IMG/VR virus record: IMGVR_UViG_3300042197_004429
Location: 113,313-177,312 of that record
Reading direction: 5' to 3' (one strand)
Origin: a virus
Length of the DNA: 64,000 bases
Shown: positions 28,517 to 39,918 of the stretch, in pieces
Numbering within the stretch: the stretch's first letter is position 1
How the letters are laid out: every line of letters starts with the position of its first letter
Program-made: the position numbers and the translations under genes
Notes under the pieces: generated by a model
Told to the model about the DNA's origin: nothing
The model's input: the letters and a program-made list of their open reading frames with translations, nothing else
Database searches by the model: none

Positions 28517-28548
28517 GCAAAAAGGCGTGGTTTTCCTCGCCTTTTTGC
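28517..28548. terminator. Rho-independent terminator-like hairpin
   Basis: 11-bp stem GCAAAAAGGCG / CGCCTTTTTGC followed by T-rich sequence. Confidence 0.65.
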
Positions 28549-28568
28549 TTTTCTTGAAAGGATTTCAT

Positions 28569-29003
28569 ATGATTTTTGCTACGATAACGATGCAGTATGA
28601 TGTTGTCAAAAAAGACATACAAGATTTGCTCACAGGTTTGTTTGAAAACAATTATTCGCCTTGGTTAAGGGAAATCAAATCCAAACAGTTTGCGAATGAA
28701 TTAAATCTCACGGATTTTAGGCAAGGTGGGAAAATGCAAGATGTGAAAGATTATTACCATTGGTCGCAACTAATACCTGTGACGGAAGGTTGTTCGTTAA
28801 CTCTTTGTGTGGATGATCCAAATAGCGACAAAGGGGAAGAAAAAGATGTTGTTTTAGATTGTGAATCCATCCGTCGTGGCTTACAAGTTATGGCTACGAA
28901 ATACCGAGAACATTGGGAAGATTTCATTTACAAAAATGACGATGCAACCACCGCTGATGTTTTTGGGCAATGTTGTGTTTATGGAGAAGTTTTTTACTCT
29001 TAG
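28569..29003 (+). CDS. Hypothetical phage protein
   Basis: C-terminal DATTADVFGQCCVYGEVFY. AAGGA precedes ATG 28569. Confidence 0.6.
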   Translation: MIFATITMQYDVVKKDIQDLLTGLFENNYSPWLREIKSKQFANELNLTDFRQGGKMQDVKDYYHWSQLIPVTEGCSLTLCVDDPNSDKGEEKDVVLDCESIRRGLQVMATKYREHWEDFIYKNDDATTADVFGQCCVYGEVFYS

Positions 29004-29036
29004 AATACCAACTAAGGATGGTGGAAAGGAACCAAA

Positions 29037-31145
29037 ATGACCACCACTATAATCGACAATCCTGTTTTTCGAACAATCCGAAATCGTTTCACTAAAAAGT
29101 GTGCTGTTTGTGATGTTGCGGTAGAAGCCAATCAAGGCTATGCCTGTGAACACAAAACGGGTTGGGCAACTTATTGCGAGGCCCATGTTCCTGTTAAAAT
29201 TAAGCCGGAACGTGCTGAGATTACTAAGGAAGGTCACATTTATTTTCCTTATCATCCGGACGCTGTATCGCTCGTTAAAAGTCTTTATTATTCTTCATGG
29301 CAGAGTGAAGGTAAGTTTTGGCGAGTCTCTATTGAACCCGAACACGTTAATCGTGTGATTCAAGTTGGTCGCCAGTTAGGGCTTAAAATTGCTGATGAAC
29401 TTCTTGAAATTGCCAGTGATGTTCAAGAAGAAGCCGAAGAAAAAGTAGAAATTAATTTTGATACTGCTGGCTTGTTTCCGTTTCAAGTTACTGGAGCAGC
29501 GTTTTTGGCAAACAAATCTCGCTGTCTGCTTGGCGATGAAATGGGTACGGGTAAAACCGTGCAGACTTTGGCTTCGCTACCCAAAGATGTTGGCACCCTT
29601 GTTGTTTGTCCTGCTAGTTTAAAGTTTAATTGGCGTGATGAAACTAATAAGTGGCGACCGGATCTAAATCCCGTTGTTTTAAATGGTCGCAAGAGTTTCC
29701 GCCTGCCTGAGTCTGGTGAGGTTGTGATTGTAAATTATGATATTCTTCCTCAAGATTTGAATGATATTCAAAAGAAAGATTTTGTTCTTGTTTGTGATGA
29801 GGTTCACCTTTGCAAGAACTATAAGGCCAAGCGTTCACGGGCCGTAAAGATTCTGTCTAATATTGCCAAAAAGACAATTGGACTCACCGGTACGCCGCTA
29901 ATGAATCGTCCTTTTGATCTTTATGGTGTTCTATCATCGCTTCATCTTGAAAATGAAGTGTTTGGCAGTTGGGTAGGGTTTCTCAGGGCTTTTAATGGTT
30001 ACAAAAACGAATGGGGAGGCTACACATTCGGAACTGTTTCTCCAATAGTTCCTGAGTTGCTCCGCAGAGTCATGTTGCGCCGCCGCCGTGAAGAAGTTCT
30101 GCCAGATCTTCCTAAAAAGTCATACACAACCATTACTGTAGACAGTGTATCTAAAAGTCTTCAGAAGAAGTTGGATGAAGTTTACGATGAGGTTGAGTTA
30201 CTTCTTGATATGAAGGAATTGCCTCCTTTTGAAATGTTTGCCGAAATCCGTGCTTCACTTGCTGAAAGCCGAATTGAAGCGATGTTAGAAATTGTTGAAA
30301 ACCACGAAGAAGAAGAAATTCCACTTGTTGTTTTTTCTGCACACAGGTTGCCTATTGACACTCTTGCCGAGCGTGAAGGTTGGGCGACCATTACAGGTTC
30401 TACCAAACCTGAAGATCGTCAAAATATTGTTAGAAGGTTTCAGTCTGGTGAATTGAAGGGCGTGGGTCTTACCATTGCAGCCGGTGGCGTTGGATTGACG
30501 TTGACCCGAGCGTGGAAGGCATTGTTCGTAGATTTAGATTGGACACCGGCACTTAACGCTCAAGCCGAAGATCGTATTTGCAGAATTGGTCAAACCAAAC
30601 CGTGTGAAATTGTTCGCATGGTTTCTGATCATGTTTTGGATCGTCATATTCACGAATTGATTGCCGAGAAGATCGAATTGTTTAATAACGCTATTGATGG
30701 AAACATTGGCAATGTTAAACTATCTGTAACCGAAGGCGAAACTGACGAGCAGTATGCTGTTCGTATGACTGCTTTACAAGCAGAGTTTGATGCCAAGCAG
30801 GCTGAATCCGAGGCTTTAAATGCAAAGGCTCGTAAAGATGCCGCCAAGAAAAAAGTCACTATGATTATCGAACGAGAAATGAACAAGGTAACTAACGGTG
30901 GAAAAAAGAAATTTAAATTTCCTGAGTTTACTCCGACACTTGTTCAATCAATCAAAGATAACCTGTCGAAGATGCTGGGTGTTTGTGATGGTGCCAGAGA
31001 GCGAGATAACGTGGGATTTAACAAGCCCGATGCTATGCTGTCTCGGTGGCTTTACGCTGCTGGTCTTGACGAGCCTGAGACGCTTCAGGCAGCATACCTG
31101 ATGCTGCTGCGGTATCCCCGTCAGGTGCGGCTCAAGTTGAAGTGA
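29037..31145 (+). CDS. SNF2/SMARCAL1(HARP)-like DEAH helicase
   Basis: LGDEMGTGKT, DEVH, LTGTP, IAAGGVGLTLT and DWTPALNAQAEDRICRIGQ. Confidence 0.9.
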   Translation: MTTTIIDNPVFRTIRNRFTKKCAVCDVAVEANQGYACEHKTGWATYCEAHVPVKIKPERAEITKEGHIYFPYHPDAVSLVKSLYYSSWQSEGKFWRVSIEPEHVNRVIQVGRQLGLKIADELLEIASDVQEEAEEKVEINFDTAGLFPFQVTGAAFLANKSRCLLGDEMGTGKTVQTLASLPKDVGTLVVCPASLKFNWRDETNKWRPDLNPVVLNGRKSFRLPESGEVVIVNYDILPQDLNDIQKKDFVLVCDEVHLCKNYKAKRSRAVKILSNIAKKTIGLTGTPLMNRPFDLYGVLSSLHLENEVFGSWVGFLRAFNGYKNEWGGYTFGTVSPIVPELLRRVMLRRRREEVLPDLPKKSYTTITVDSVSKSLQKKLDEVYDEVELLLDMKELPPFEMFAEIRASLAESRIEAMLEIVENHEEEEIPLVVFSAHRLPIDTLAEREGWATITGSTKPEDRQNIVRRFQSGELKGVGLTIAAGGVGLTLTRAWKALFVDLDWTPALNAQAEDRICRIGQTKPCEIVRMVSDHVLDRHIHELIAEKIELFNNAIDGNIGNVKLSVTEGETDEQYAVRMTALQAEFDAKQAESEALNAKARKDAAKKKVTMIIEREMNKVTNGGKKKFKFPEFTPTLVQSIKDNLSKMLGVCDGARERDNVGFNKPDAMLSRWLYAAGLDEPETLQAAYLMLLRYPRQVRLKLK

Positions 31146-31208
31146 GCGATACCAACTAGTAACGAGAAACCGAGAACAGATTGATTTTCACAAAAAGGAT
31201 AAACAAAA

Positions 31209-31397
31209 ATGAAAATTGCTGATGAAGATGTTAGAGACAACGCTGATGAATTCGATTGGTTTTGTTCAATAAACGGCTATAGTCCAAGGTGGTTGAAGCT
31301 GATGATTCCTGTCTTGATAGAAGCATGGAAAAACAATGATAACAACACAGTTGATAAAATTAAAAAAGAACTATTTATTGATGGCAGAATGAAGTAA
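31209..31397 (+). CDS. Hypothetical protein
   Basis: Follows motif copy 31148, with AAGGA upstream. Confidence 0.5.
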   Translation: MKIADEDVRDNADEFDWFCSINGYSPRWLKLMIPVLIEAWKNNDNNTVDKIKKELFIDGRMK

Positions 31398-31442
31398 TAT
31401 TTAAATTTATTTACGGCGAAAACAGACATAAACGGAGTAGTT

Positions 31443-32387
31443 GTGGGCAAACTAGGGCTTTGCTGCATTAGTCTGAATCTCCAAGAGCGTGATCCGCCTT
31501 TGAAGTTTCAAAAAATGACCAAGACACGTTTTCTTGCTTTGCCAAAAGATGAAGCAAGGACAATTCTTGGCGAACGAATTCTAAACAATATTGTGGTCAC
31601 TGACGAGGCCATTAAATATTGTGCTGAGAACGACTATTGCTATAGAGTTAGCAGCGATTTGTTTCCGCTAATTACTTGTGATGAAGTTTCAACATCACTA
31701 TCAGATTTGCCAAATTACGAACAGATTGAGCAATCGTTTGATCGGCTAAAAAATACAGTGTTGACAAGCGGAGTAAGAATATCTGCGCATCCCAGCGAGT
31801 ATAATGTATTGGCTTCAACCAACACTGCTGCCGTAGACAAGACGATTCAAGAACTTAATTTTTATAGTCGTTTCTTTGATCGCATTGGTTGTGAAGCAAG
31901 TCACGTTAACCCCATGAACCTTCATATCAACAACAGAGCCGGTTCAAATGATGAAGTGATTGATCGTTTTTTGTCTAACTTCGAAAAACTTGATGACAAT
32001 TGCAAGTCTCGTTTAGTAGTCGAAAATGATGACAAACTTAATTGTTGGAGCGTTCGACTATTGATGGAGTTTCATGAAAAAACTCGTTTGCCGATCACTT
32101 TCGATTATCTTCACCATGCTTGTCATCCCGAAAATATGACTGAAGAAGAAGCGATCAAGGCGTGTTTCGATACATGGGACACCAAGCCATTGTTCCATTA
32201 CAGCGAAAGCAAAGAGGGCAATAACCCTCGTGCTCACGCTGATTATGCGATTAACAAATTTGACACTTATGGCTTGGACTTCGATTGTGATTTTGAGTTA
32301 AAAGCAAAAGATAAAGCGATTCAAAAATACACAGAACAATTCGTTGAATCTTTGTTGCTTGAGGAAAAAACCTATGTATGTTCTTGA
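31443..32387 (+). CDS. uvsE: UV DNA damage repair endonuclease UvdE/UvsE
   Basis: LGLCCI, YRVSSDLFP, RISAHP, LVVENDD, ITFDYLHH, PLFHYSE, RAHAD and ELKAKDKA. Confidence 0.92.
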   Translation: MGKLGLCCISLNLQERDPPLKFQKMTKTRFLALPKDEARTILGERILNNIVVTDEAIKYCAENDYCYRVSSDLFPLITCDEVSTSLSDLPNYEQIEQSFDRLKNTVLTSGVRISAHPSEYNVLASTNTAAVDKTIQELNFYSRFFDRIGCEASHVNPMNLHINNRAGSNDEVIDRFLSNFEKLDDNCKSRLVVENDDKLNCWSVRLLMEFHEKTRLPITFDYLHHACHPENMTEEEAIKACFDTWDTKPLFHYSESKEGNNPRAHADYAINKFDTYGLDFDCDFELKAKDKAIQKYTEQFVESLLLEEKTYVCS

Positions 32388-35262
32388 TGGTGTTTACATT
32401 TTAATTCAAAATAGCAAACCAGTTTTTTGGAAACAAAAAGGACCAGACGGCAACGAAGTGACTGGTTTAGTAATTGCTCTAAATCACAAAGATGCCAAAC
32501 TTTGGAGTGATTGGTTTTACGGGAGATTTAAAACAAAAATTAGCCCTTATCTCGTAGGATCACAACACGAATCTGATAATTTAAATTTGGCCGTGTGGAA
32601 TGCTCATGACTTGGGTTCTCAGTTTGATGTTGTTTTTGTTTTTGTTTTAGATTTTAAATCTGGAAAGCCTAAGTTTTGGTTTGTTCCTCCGGAGCAACTT
32701 CAAGATATTTTGCAAAACAATTAAATTAGAGATTGAAAACAAACACATGAACACAAAGCCTAAATTTGTTTTAATTTGTGAACACGATAATGCTAAAGTT
32801 AGATACTTTGGTCCATATGAATCCACAAATGATGCCGAAGTGGTTGCTAATCATTTTTCTTACGAAAACACTCCATACCACTTATGCATAGTTGAACTAA
32901 GTTTGCCAACACAACAGACGATTGTTGACATTAAAAAACAAGATAACAATATTTAAATTTAACAAAGGAGAAACAACATGGGAATGTTTTCTTGGTGCTG
33001 CAAGGGTTGCGGTCACGAAATTAAGACAGATGAGTTTGTTCGAATGAATGGTTGCGTCGGAGTTTATGATGGTTACGGAAGAGTTCCAGGCTCAGGTTTT
33101 GACGGATCGTTGTGTTCAAAAGACCCATCATGTTGGCACGAAGTTTGTTATCAAAAAGCAACAGTAGAACAAAAACTTGATGAAGCCCCTAGCGACCAAG
33201 CTACCAACCAAGGCTTTGGATACTCTGCTCTTGAATTCATGGAAGGATATGATCCTAGAGTAGAAACAACATTTGAGGCAGTTATTTTTGTAGATCATTA
33301 TGATCAAGAAACAAAAAATATTTCCAAGTGGGAATATTACATCAACAAGATTGATGACAACTTTGTCTTACGTGATGTTTGCGATTATCGTAATAAACGT
33401 GATGAATTTGATAGCGATGTATTAGATGCTATTCCCGAGTTTTGTTTACACAACAAGACCGGAGAAGAAATGTACCTTATCAGCCAGCAGCGGATTGATT
33501 TCATTGAAAAGTCAGTTGGCCCCAATCCCAAAAAACTGTCGGTGGTTTTTGATGGACTTGAAAAAGCAAAGTTGATTGTTGATAATTGTTTGGAACAATT
33601 ACCACACCCAGAATATGGATTTCATTTGATTATTTTGGGAAAACAAGGTAAAATATGCGGTCAATGTTACGAAAGAAATCGCACCCCTGAATTTAAAAAA
33701 GTTTTCCATCAGGACGGGGATGATTTTGATTTTGTAAACACGGGCAAATTCACAGATGAAGTTGTGTATGTTCAAGGCATCAAGCGTGCAAGACATTAAT
33801 CAACCTAAAGAATTAAGAAAAATGTTAGATGTTGCTCCAATTGAAGATTGGGCAAACACAGATATCCTTGGCGTAGTAGGTTCTGCTTTTGAAAACGTGA
33901 ATGGAAAAACAACAAACCAGACAAGAAGTTGTGATTTGTTTGGTTGTGGTGGCACAAGAATAATGGTCACTTGGCCCGATGGAAGTGTTACTTGGCCTTG
34001 TTGTAATGGAATTGTTGTCGAAAAAAATCATTTGCGAATAATTTAACTATATTTTTGTCAAAAATTACTCTTTTATTTTTGACAAAAATAGCAGGTTTTT
34101 ATGCGAATTACATATCGAACACTATCTCAATTAATTGATAAACTATCTGAGGAACAAAAAGATAAAGAAGTCACTGTAGACGTTTGGGATGGAGTGACTT
34201 TAGAAACTTATGGTGCTGAATTTAGAATAGTTAATGAAAAACATGAGTCACTCGATTCCGACCACCCAGTTATTTGTGTGAACCAAGTTGATGATTTAGG
34301 AAAAGTAGTAAATGACGTTGATTGGATTTCTAAATCAATAGGAATCATAAAGGACTAAATATGAACATTAGCGATTTAGATATTGAAAATTTATATTATC
34401 ATTTAGCACATAATTTTAATTATCGTTGTGATCATAAGTTGGTTCAAGAGTTTGATTGGATTGTTTCCAATCTGGAACCTCATGGCACGCCAATTTATTT
34501 TGATACGTTACTAAATAAAGTACAATTGACTCAGGGCGTTGACAATTTAGATTTTGAAAAACCTTCAAAAAAACATTTAATTGCTGGTTTGAAAAAATTG
34601 TTAAAGCATGATCTTGTTGAAATTAATGGTGAAATTAAACACATACAACACGTTCCAAAAAAATTACCCAAAAGAACTGCTCAAAAAATTAATGAGATTA
34701 GTTTAATTGCCAAAAAAACAAAAAGAGTAAAGAAAATAAAAAATGCTAAAAGAGGTGGGGAGAAAAGTGCATGATTGATTTAGAAAAAAATTGTTATTCG
34801 TTACACCCTCAATTCAACCCTGCCCACAGATCGGTTAAGATCTACAACTGGATAGTGAATCAAATCAAAGAAGAATCACACCCGGTTTGTTTTGATGTTA
34901 TATTTTCAAAAATTCAACATGATTTTGAAAATAGCATTAATAAAGAAGAGCCTCCATCAAAGGAACAAACCGTGGAGGGTATTAAAAATTTGCTATCCGA
35001 GAATTTGATAATTGTTGATACCAACTAGGGTCCGAAACAGGAAACCTTCATGTCTTTTACTTGGGGCGAAGTGAGCAAGTGGTCTAAAAACCACGGTTAC
35101 AAAATTAGTCGTAAAGAAGAAAAGTTTTATGCGACCAATACGGACACAAGCGAAATTCAAGAATGTTGTTCGTTGGAAGAGTTAGTTAAGTTTGTGTTTA
35201 ACCAAATATCCAAAAATCAGTGGGTTGAGCATCAAAAAAACTATGAGAAGCAAAAAAAGTAG
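32374..35262 (+). other. Run of small co-oriented hypothetical genes: 32374-32724, 32747-32956, 32978-33799, 33756-34046, 34101-34358, 34361-34774, 34771-35028, 35050-35262
   Basis: Contiguous + strand ORFs with short gaps and purine-rich RBS. 34361 and 34771 are tandem paralogs, and 32978 starts with a CCxGC motif. Confidence 0.65.
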
Positions 35263-35776
35263 TCTTGGACCAATTTTAAGTTTTGTTGAGGTTGCTCAAA
35301 ATCGAGGTTGGAAATACGTTCCATGTATGATTGTTCAAAACGGTCGCAGAGTTTGTAATCCAGAAGCGATTCGTTTGAACGACGGAATATATGCTACCAT
35401 TGTTAGTCCAGATGGTGTCACTAAGGTTGCCTTGGATCACACTTTGATATATTATCACAATGGTAATGTTTGGCGAGGAGACCCAACCGATGTTAGGCAA
35501 AATTTAATTATATTTGCTGCTTTGGTTGTTGAACAAAGTCACCGCAAAAGCGGTCATGCGACTCACGCAATGAAAAAATTGTTAGAAATTGCCAATGATC
35601 TCAATATGGTTGTTATGTTAGAAGCGTCCCCGATTCAAAAATTTTCTTCAAAAACTAAAAACATCACACAAAAAAAGTTGATACGTTGGTACAAAAAATT
35701 AGGATTCGTAGCAGCGTATCCCAATCAAGGCGAACAAATACTTTGCCACCCCGCTCCTCCAGTGGATACTAACTAG
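35192..35776 (+). CDS. GNAT-family acetyltransferase-like protein (true start probably later)
   Basis: LVVEQSHRKSGHATHAMKKL (motif A), LEASP and LIRWYKKLGF. Confidence 0.6.
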   Translation: MCLTKYPKISGLSIKKTMRSKKSSLGPILSFVEVAQNRGWKYVPCMIVQNGRRVCNPEAIRLNDGIYATIVSPDGVTKVALDHTLIYYHNGNVWRGDPTDVRQNLIIFAALVVEQSHRKSGHATHAMKKLLEIANDLNMVVMLEASPIQKFSSKTKNITQKKLIRWYKKLGFVAAYPNQGEQILCHPAPPVDTN

Positions 35777-35805
35777 ATTTTTGTTCTTACCAAGAAAACA
35801 CAAAC

Positions 35806-37313
35806 ATGAATTATGACATTCTTTACGTTGCTGATGGAGAAATTTTTAAAGTCGGCCCCTTTCTGTCTGAGGTGGAGGCAATAGAATATATTCGCAACAA
35901 CAACGGTGAATCAGGTGAGTTTGATATAAACAATCAACATATTTATATCATTGATTCGCAACTTGGATTAAATGAAATTTATCTAGAAGATTTGGGTGAG
36001 GTCGATGATTAAAAAGACAATTAAAAAATTACATCAAGTTCAGCCAGGGGAGGTTTTTGAATACGTTCATCCTCTTGTTCCGGGTATAGGCGGAAAGTGC
36101 ATTCGTGTTTTTGGCACGAAATACAATGTGTTATGCTTGAACAGTTTTCAAGTTGGCATGAGTGATTTAGGCGAAGAAGTCAGGATCATAGGTAAAATGA
36201 ATTATAGTCTTTTTGAAGAAAGTGTTAATTCAAGATTCGATGAATTATTTGCTGCCGCTGTTGAGGGTTTGGTAGAGTATTATGAAGAACTTGAGGATGC
36301 GAGTCTTGTTTTAGAGATTAAAGAAAGAATCGAAGACATAGACACAGGTAATGATCAGAATGATTATGTGTCTATTAAAAATTTAGTTGAGAACCAAGTT
36401 CAAAATTGGATTGTTGACAAACGATTTATCTAATTATTCAATAGAAAACTAATATGAGAAAGTATCAAGTAACTTTAGTTAGACGAGTTGGAAAAGTAGT
36501 AAGCACTTTTACTATGGATGTCTCTGCAAGTAATCGCAGAAGTGCCGCTATGGGAGCCGAAAGTTCAGCAAATAAATTTGATCCCAATGATGATCAAAAA
36601 AAGTTGACAGGCAGAGGTTGGAAAACTCAGAAGGTGGTTTCTTCAAGCGATACCAACTATGAAGCACAAGGAGAAAAGAATGACGATTAACATGGTAGTA
36701 GCCGCTAACGGATTCGACGGTCCAGATTTTTACTTTTGTAAAGTAGAGTGCAGCCAAGAGCAATATAATGACGGAGAACATTATGATGCCGCAAAGCGTG
36801 CAGCACGTGGTAACGGATACGATGATCCAATGGTTGCTTTTGATGAAAATGATTCACCATCTAAAAGTTTTTTCAAATTGTTTGAGTGGAAAACAGCAAG
36901 CACCCACAAGGTCTGAATGTTTTCCAGACGTTGCACCGTGGTTGGACAACCCATCTGATTTGTATGATGAATTACCCACAGAAGACGTTGCGTATGATGA
37001 ATAGGAGATTATCGTGATACGTGCAGAAGTTCATAGTGATGATTTTGTTTTCAAGACTAACTTTGATGCAACTCGATGGTTTGAAAGTGCGTCAAATGAA
37101 GAGTTGATTAATTTAATAAATTGTGGATTTGGAGGAGATTATCCAGCCGATGATGTTGCTCGTTATTTTGCAGAAACAAACGAAGATGTTGCCGATGTTT
37201 TTGATTATTTGAACATTAAACCTGTTGGTTTTGAGTGTCACGTTAATGTGAACGATGCAGAAGATTGGATTAGGATTAACCGCCCAAATTTGAAAGATCA
37301 TATAGATGACTAA
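35806..37313 (+). other. Small hypothetical genes: 35806-36012, ~36005-36433, 36454-36690, 36680-36916, 37014-37313
   Basis: Overlapping or abutting co-oriented ORFs with RBS. Confidence 0.6.
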
Positions 37314-38613
37314 AACACATCACTTTGATTATGTTGACAAGATGGTACTTGATCTTCGTGCCACAAGTGGCACGATAGAGAAAGAAAATATTATCAACGA
37401 TTATTGCAACCGTAACACAGCAGCGGCTGTTTTTGCTAAGAATATTTTGCTTTATGTTTATCATCCAATGTGGCAATATAACGTCACAAGTGATAATCTC
37501 AAAAAGAAAAATAAACTCAGAGGCAGAGACTTTGGCGATATTTTCTTTTTGTTGAATGCTTTAAAAGATCGACAAGTCACGGGGCATGATGCTATCGGTG
37601 CTGTTAATACTTTTGTAGACAATCATTCCGAGTATGAAGACCTGATTCATTGTATTATTGACAAAGATCTTAAAACTCGTGCTGGTGATAAGATAATCAA
37701 CAAGGCGATCCCTGATTGGATTCCTGAGTTTAGCGTGGCTCTTGCCGAGAAGTACGAGCCTGAAATTGTTGATTGGCAGGATGGTTGGTATGTTAGCAGG
37801 AAACTTGACGGTTGCCGATGTATTGCTGTTGTTGACGATAATAGCAATACTGTTTTTTATTCCCGTGCGGGAAAAACATTTGATACTCTTAATCGTGTTG
37901 CCAATGGCATCAGGACTCTTGGTGTTAAGAATGTAGTTTTTGATGGTGAGTTGTGTCTTATTGACAAGCATGGAAATGAGGATTTTCAAGGAGTTATGAA
38001 GGAACTCCGAAAGAAAAATCATGTTATCGAAAATCCTTCTTATAAGATTTTCGACATGATTAGTCACGATGAATTTTACTCCAAGAAGGGCGATTCACAG
38101 AAACGATATTCACATCGTTATAATAATCTTTTGAATATTGTTCAAAAAATCTCCCACCTGAGTGTTTTGGAGCAGGAAAAAATTAATAATGACGATCACT
38201 TTTTAGAGTGGACAACAAAATCAAGTCAAAATCAATGGGAAGGTTTGATACTTCGTGCTGACACTCCATACAAGGGCAAAAGAAGCAAAGAACTTTTAAA
38301 GTATAAAAGTTTTTGTGATGATGAATATGTTGTTTTGGATGTTGAAAATGGTCCATTCCGTTATGTGAAAAACGGAAAAGAGGTTGAAGAAAAAATGTTA
38401 AGTTGTGTTGTTATTGAACACAAGGGGCATAAAGTTCGGGTTGGAAGTGGCTTTACCATAGAGCAACGTCAAGAATTTTTTAAACACCCCGACAGGTTGA
38501 TAAACAATCAAATCACTGTACAATACTTTTCAGAGAGCGAGAATCAGCAAGGTGGATTGAGTCTTCGCTTTCCGACTTTCAAGTGTTTGCACGGCAAAAA
38601 AAGGGAAATGTGA
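37306..38613 (+). CDS. ATP-dependent DNA ligase
   Basis: Motif I RKLDGCR, FDGEL, YKIFD, WEGLILR, LLKYK and an OB domain ending SLRFPTF. Confidence 0.93.
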   Translation: MTKTHHFDYVDKMVLDLRATSGTIEKENIINDYCNRNTAAAVFAKNILLYVYHPMWQYNVTSDNLKKKNKLRGRDFGDIFFLLNALKDRQVTGHDAIGAVNTFVDNHSEYEDLIHCIIDKDLKTRAGDKIINKAIPDWIPEFSVALAEKYEPEIVDWQDGWYVSRKLDGCRCIAVVDDNSNTVFYSRAGKTFDTLNRVANGIRTLGVKNVVFDGELCLIDKHGNEDFQGVMKELRKKNHVIENPSYKIFDMISHDEFYSKKGDSQKRYSHRYNNLLNIVQKISHLSVLEQEKINNDDHFLEWTTKSSQNQWEGLILRADTPYKGKRSKELLKYKSFCDDEYVVLDVENGPFRYVKNGKEVEEKMLSCVVIEHKGHKVRVGSGFTIEQRQEFFKHPDRLINNQITVQYFSESENQQGGLSLRFPTFKCLHGKKREM

Positions 38614-39228
38614 ATGCAGGATTACTGGACTGATCTTGAATCAAGAGCGGCAATAAATTTGATTTGTGCTTTGGACGCAGAGATAGTAGCCAAACAACAA
38701 ACTATTTTGCTGTGCTGCGATAAAGATTTTCCAGAAATTTTTAGGCAAAAAATTTGGGATTCAATAAACAATCTGTCTCTTGAAACAGGGTCAGGTCGCA
38801 TACAAGATAATGTCGATTTTTACAAACAATCAAAAAGAAGTTTGTTGCTTGGTTCTCTTAAAAACATTTGGCAAGAAATTGAAAGCAAAAACTATCCAAC
38901 ACGCTTTGGTATGCTCCTAGGTGATCCTGCAAGCAATCTTGCTGCTAGAGATTCGTATAACAAAGAAATGGAAGAATTTGACATTAAACAAAGTGGCGAA
39001 ACCAAATAAACAATACCAACTAGTAGCAGACAGTTTATGATTTTCTTGTTTTTATTTTTCTTGGTGATTGTTGCATTTGCAAATCAGATTGCTCAATACT
39101 ATCGGTACAATCTATTTCTTTATAAAAAAGAAATAGAGCAACGAGAATACGCAGAGTTTCAACTACAGATGCAGCGTGAACGTGCTATTCAACAATTGAA
39201 CAGAATTAGAAAATACTACGAAAATTGA
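38614..39228 (+). other. Two hypothetical genes: 38614-39009 and 39037-39228
   Basis: Abutting ORFs separated by motif copy 39012. Confidence 0.55.
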
Positions 39229-39872
39229 CCATGATCAAAGTTATCAAACCACTACTGTGTACTAAACAGCATTATTTTGTTGCTGTTAGCATGGGCGTTG
39301 ATAGTGTTGCTGCTTTGTTTTGGTTAAGATCTAAAGGATATTCTATTACTCCTTTGCATTTTAATCATAATTTACGTGCTCAAAATGGAACAATGCACGA
39401 ACGATTTCTGAGTCTTTGCAAAGACTTGAATCTTAAGTGTGAAAGCGATATTGGCGTTGCACTCAAAACCGAAAATGATTGCCGACAAGCAAGATTAAAT
39501 TTTTATTCAAGAGTTGCTAAGGGTGGAACAGTCATCACAGCCCACCATTTGAATGATTGGGTTGAAAGTTATCTGCTTAATTGTTTGCGTGGTCATCCTC
39601 GTCATAGCCCAATTAAATTTAAAAGTAAGTTTGAAGAATTTGATGTTGTTCATCCTTTTCTTTTAACTAGAAAAAAAGACTTTGAGCAATATCTTGTTCG
39701 AAATAAATGGGATCACTATGTTGTAAAAGATGAATCGAATTTAGTTTCAAAAGGAAGCAGAAGAAACTGGATTAGAAACACTATTCTTCCACAAATGCAA
39801 TCCCAAAAATTATCACTCGAAAAATTTGCCAGAAAAAAGATTCAAACAATGCTGGTAAAGATCGAACATTGA
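39225..39872 (+). CDS. tilS: tRNA(Ile2) lysidine synthetase, minimal catalytic-domain form
   Basis: VAVSMGVDS (PP-loop), HFNHNLR, RQAR..FY, TAHHLND..ESYLLN.LRG, DESN and RNWIRN.ILP. Confidence 0.85.
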   Translation: MTMIKVIKPLLCTKQHYFVAVSMGVDSVAALFWLRSKGYSITPLHFNHNLRAQNGTMHERFLSLCKDLNLKCESDIGVALKTENDCRQARLNFYSRVAKGGTVITAHHLNDWVESYLLNCLRGHPRHSPIKFKSKFEEFDVVHPFLLTRKKDFEQYLVRNKWDHYVVKDESNLVSKGSRRNWIRNTILPQMQSQKLSLEKFARKKIQTMLVKIEH

Positions 39873-39890
39873 TTTTTAAGATTTTTTTTC

Positions 39891-39918
39891 TTGACATCTT
39901 TTTTTTAGCCGGTAAAAT
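39891..39918 (+). promoter_or_regulatory. Host sigma70-type promoter
   Basis: TTGACA-N16-TAAAAT, upstream of the small membrane genes and the CAU tRNA. Confidence 0.6.
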
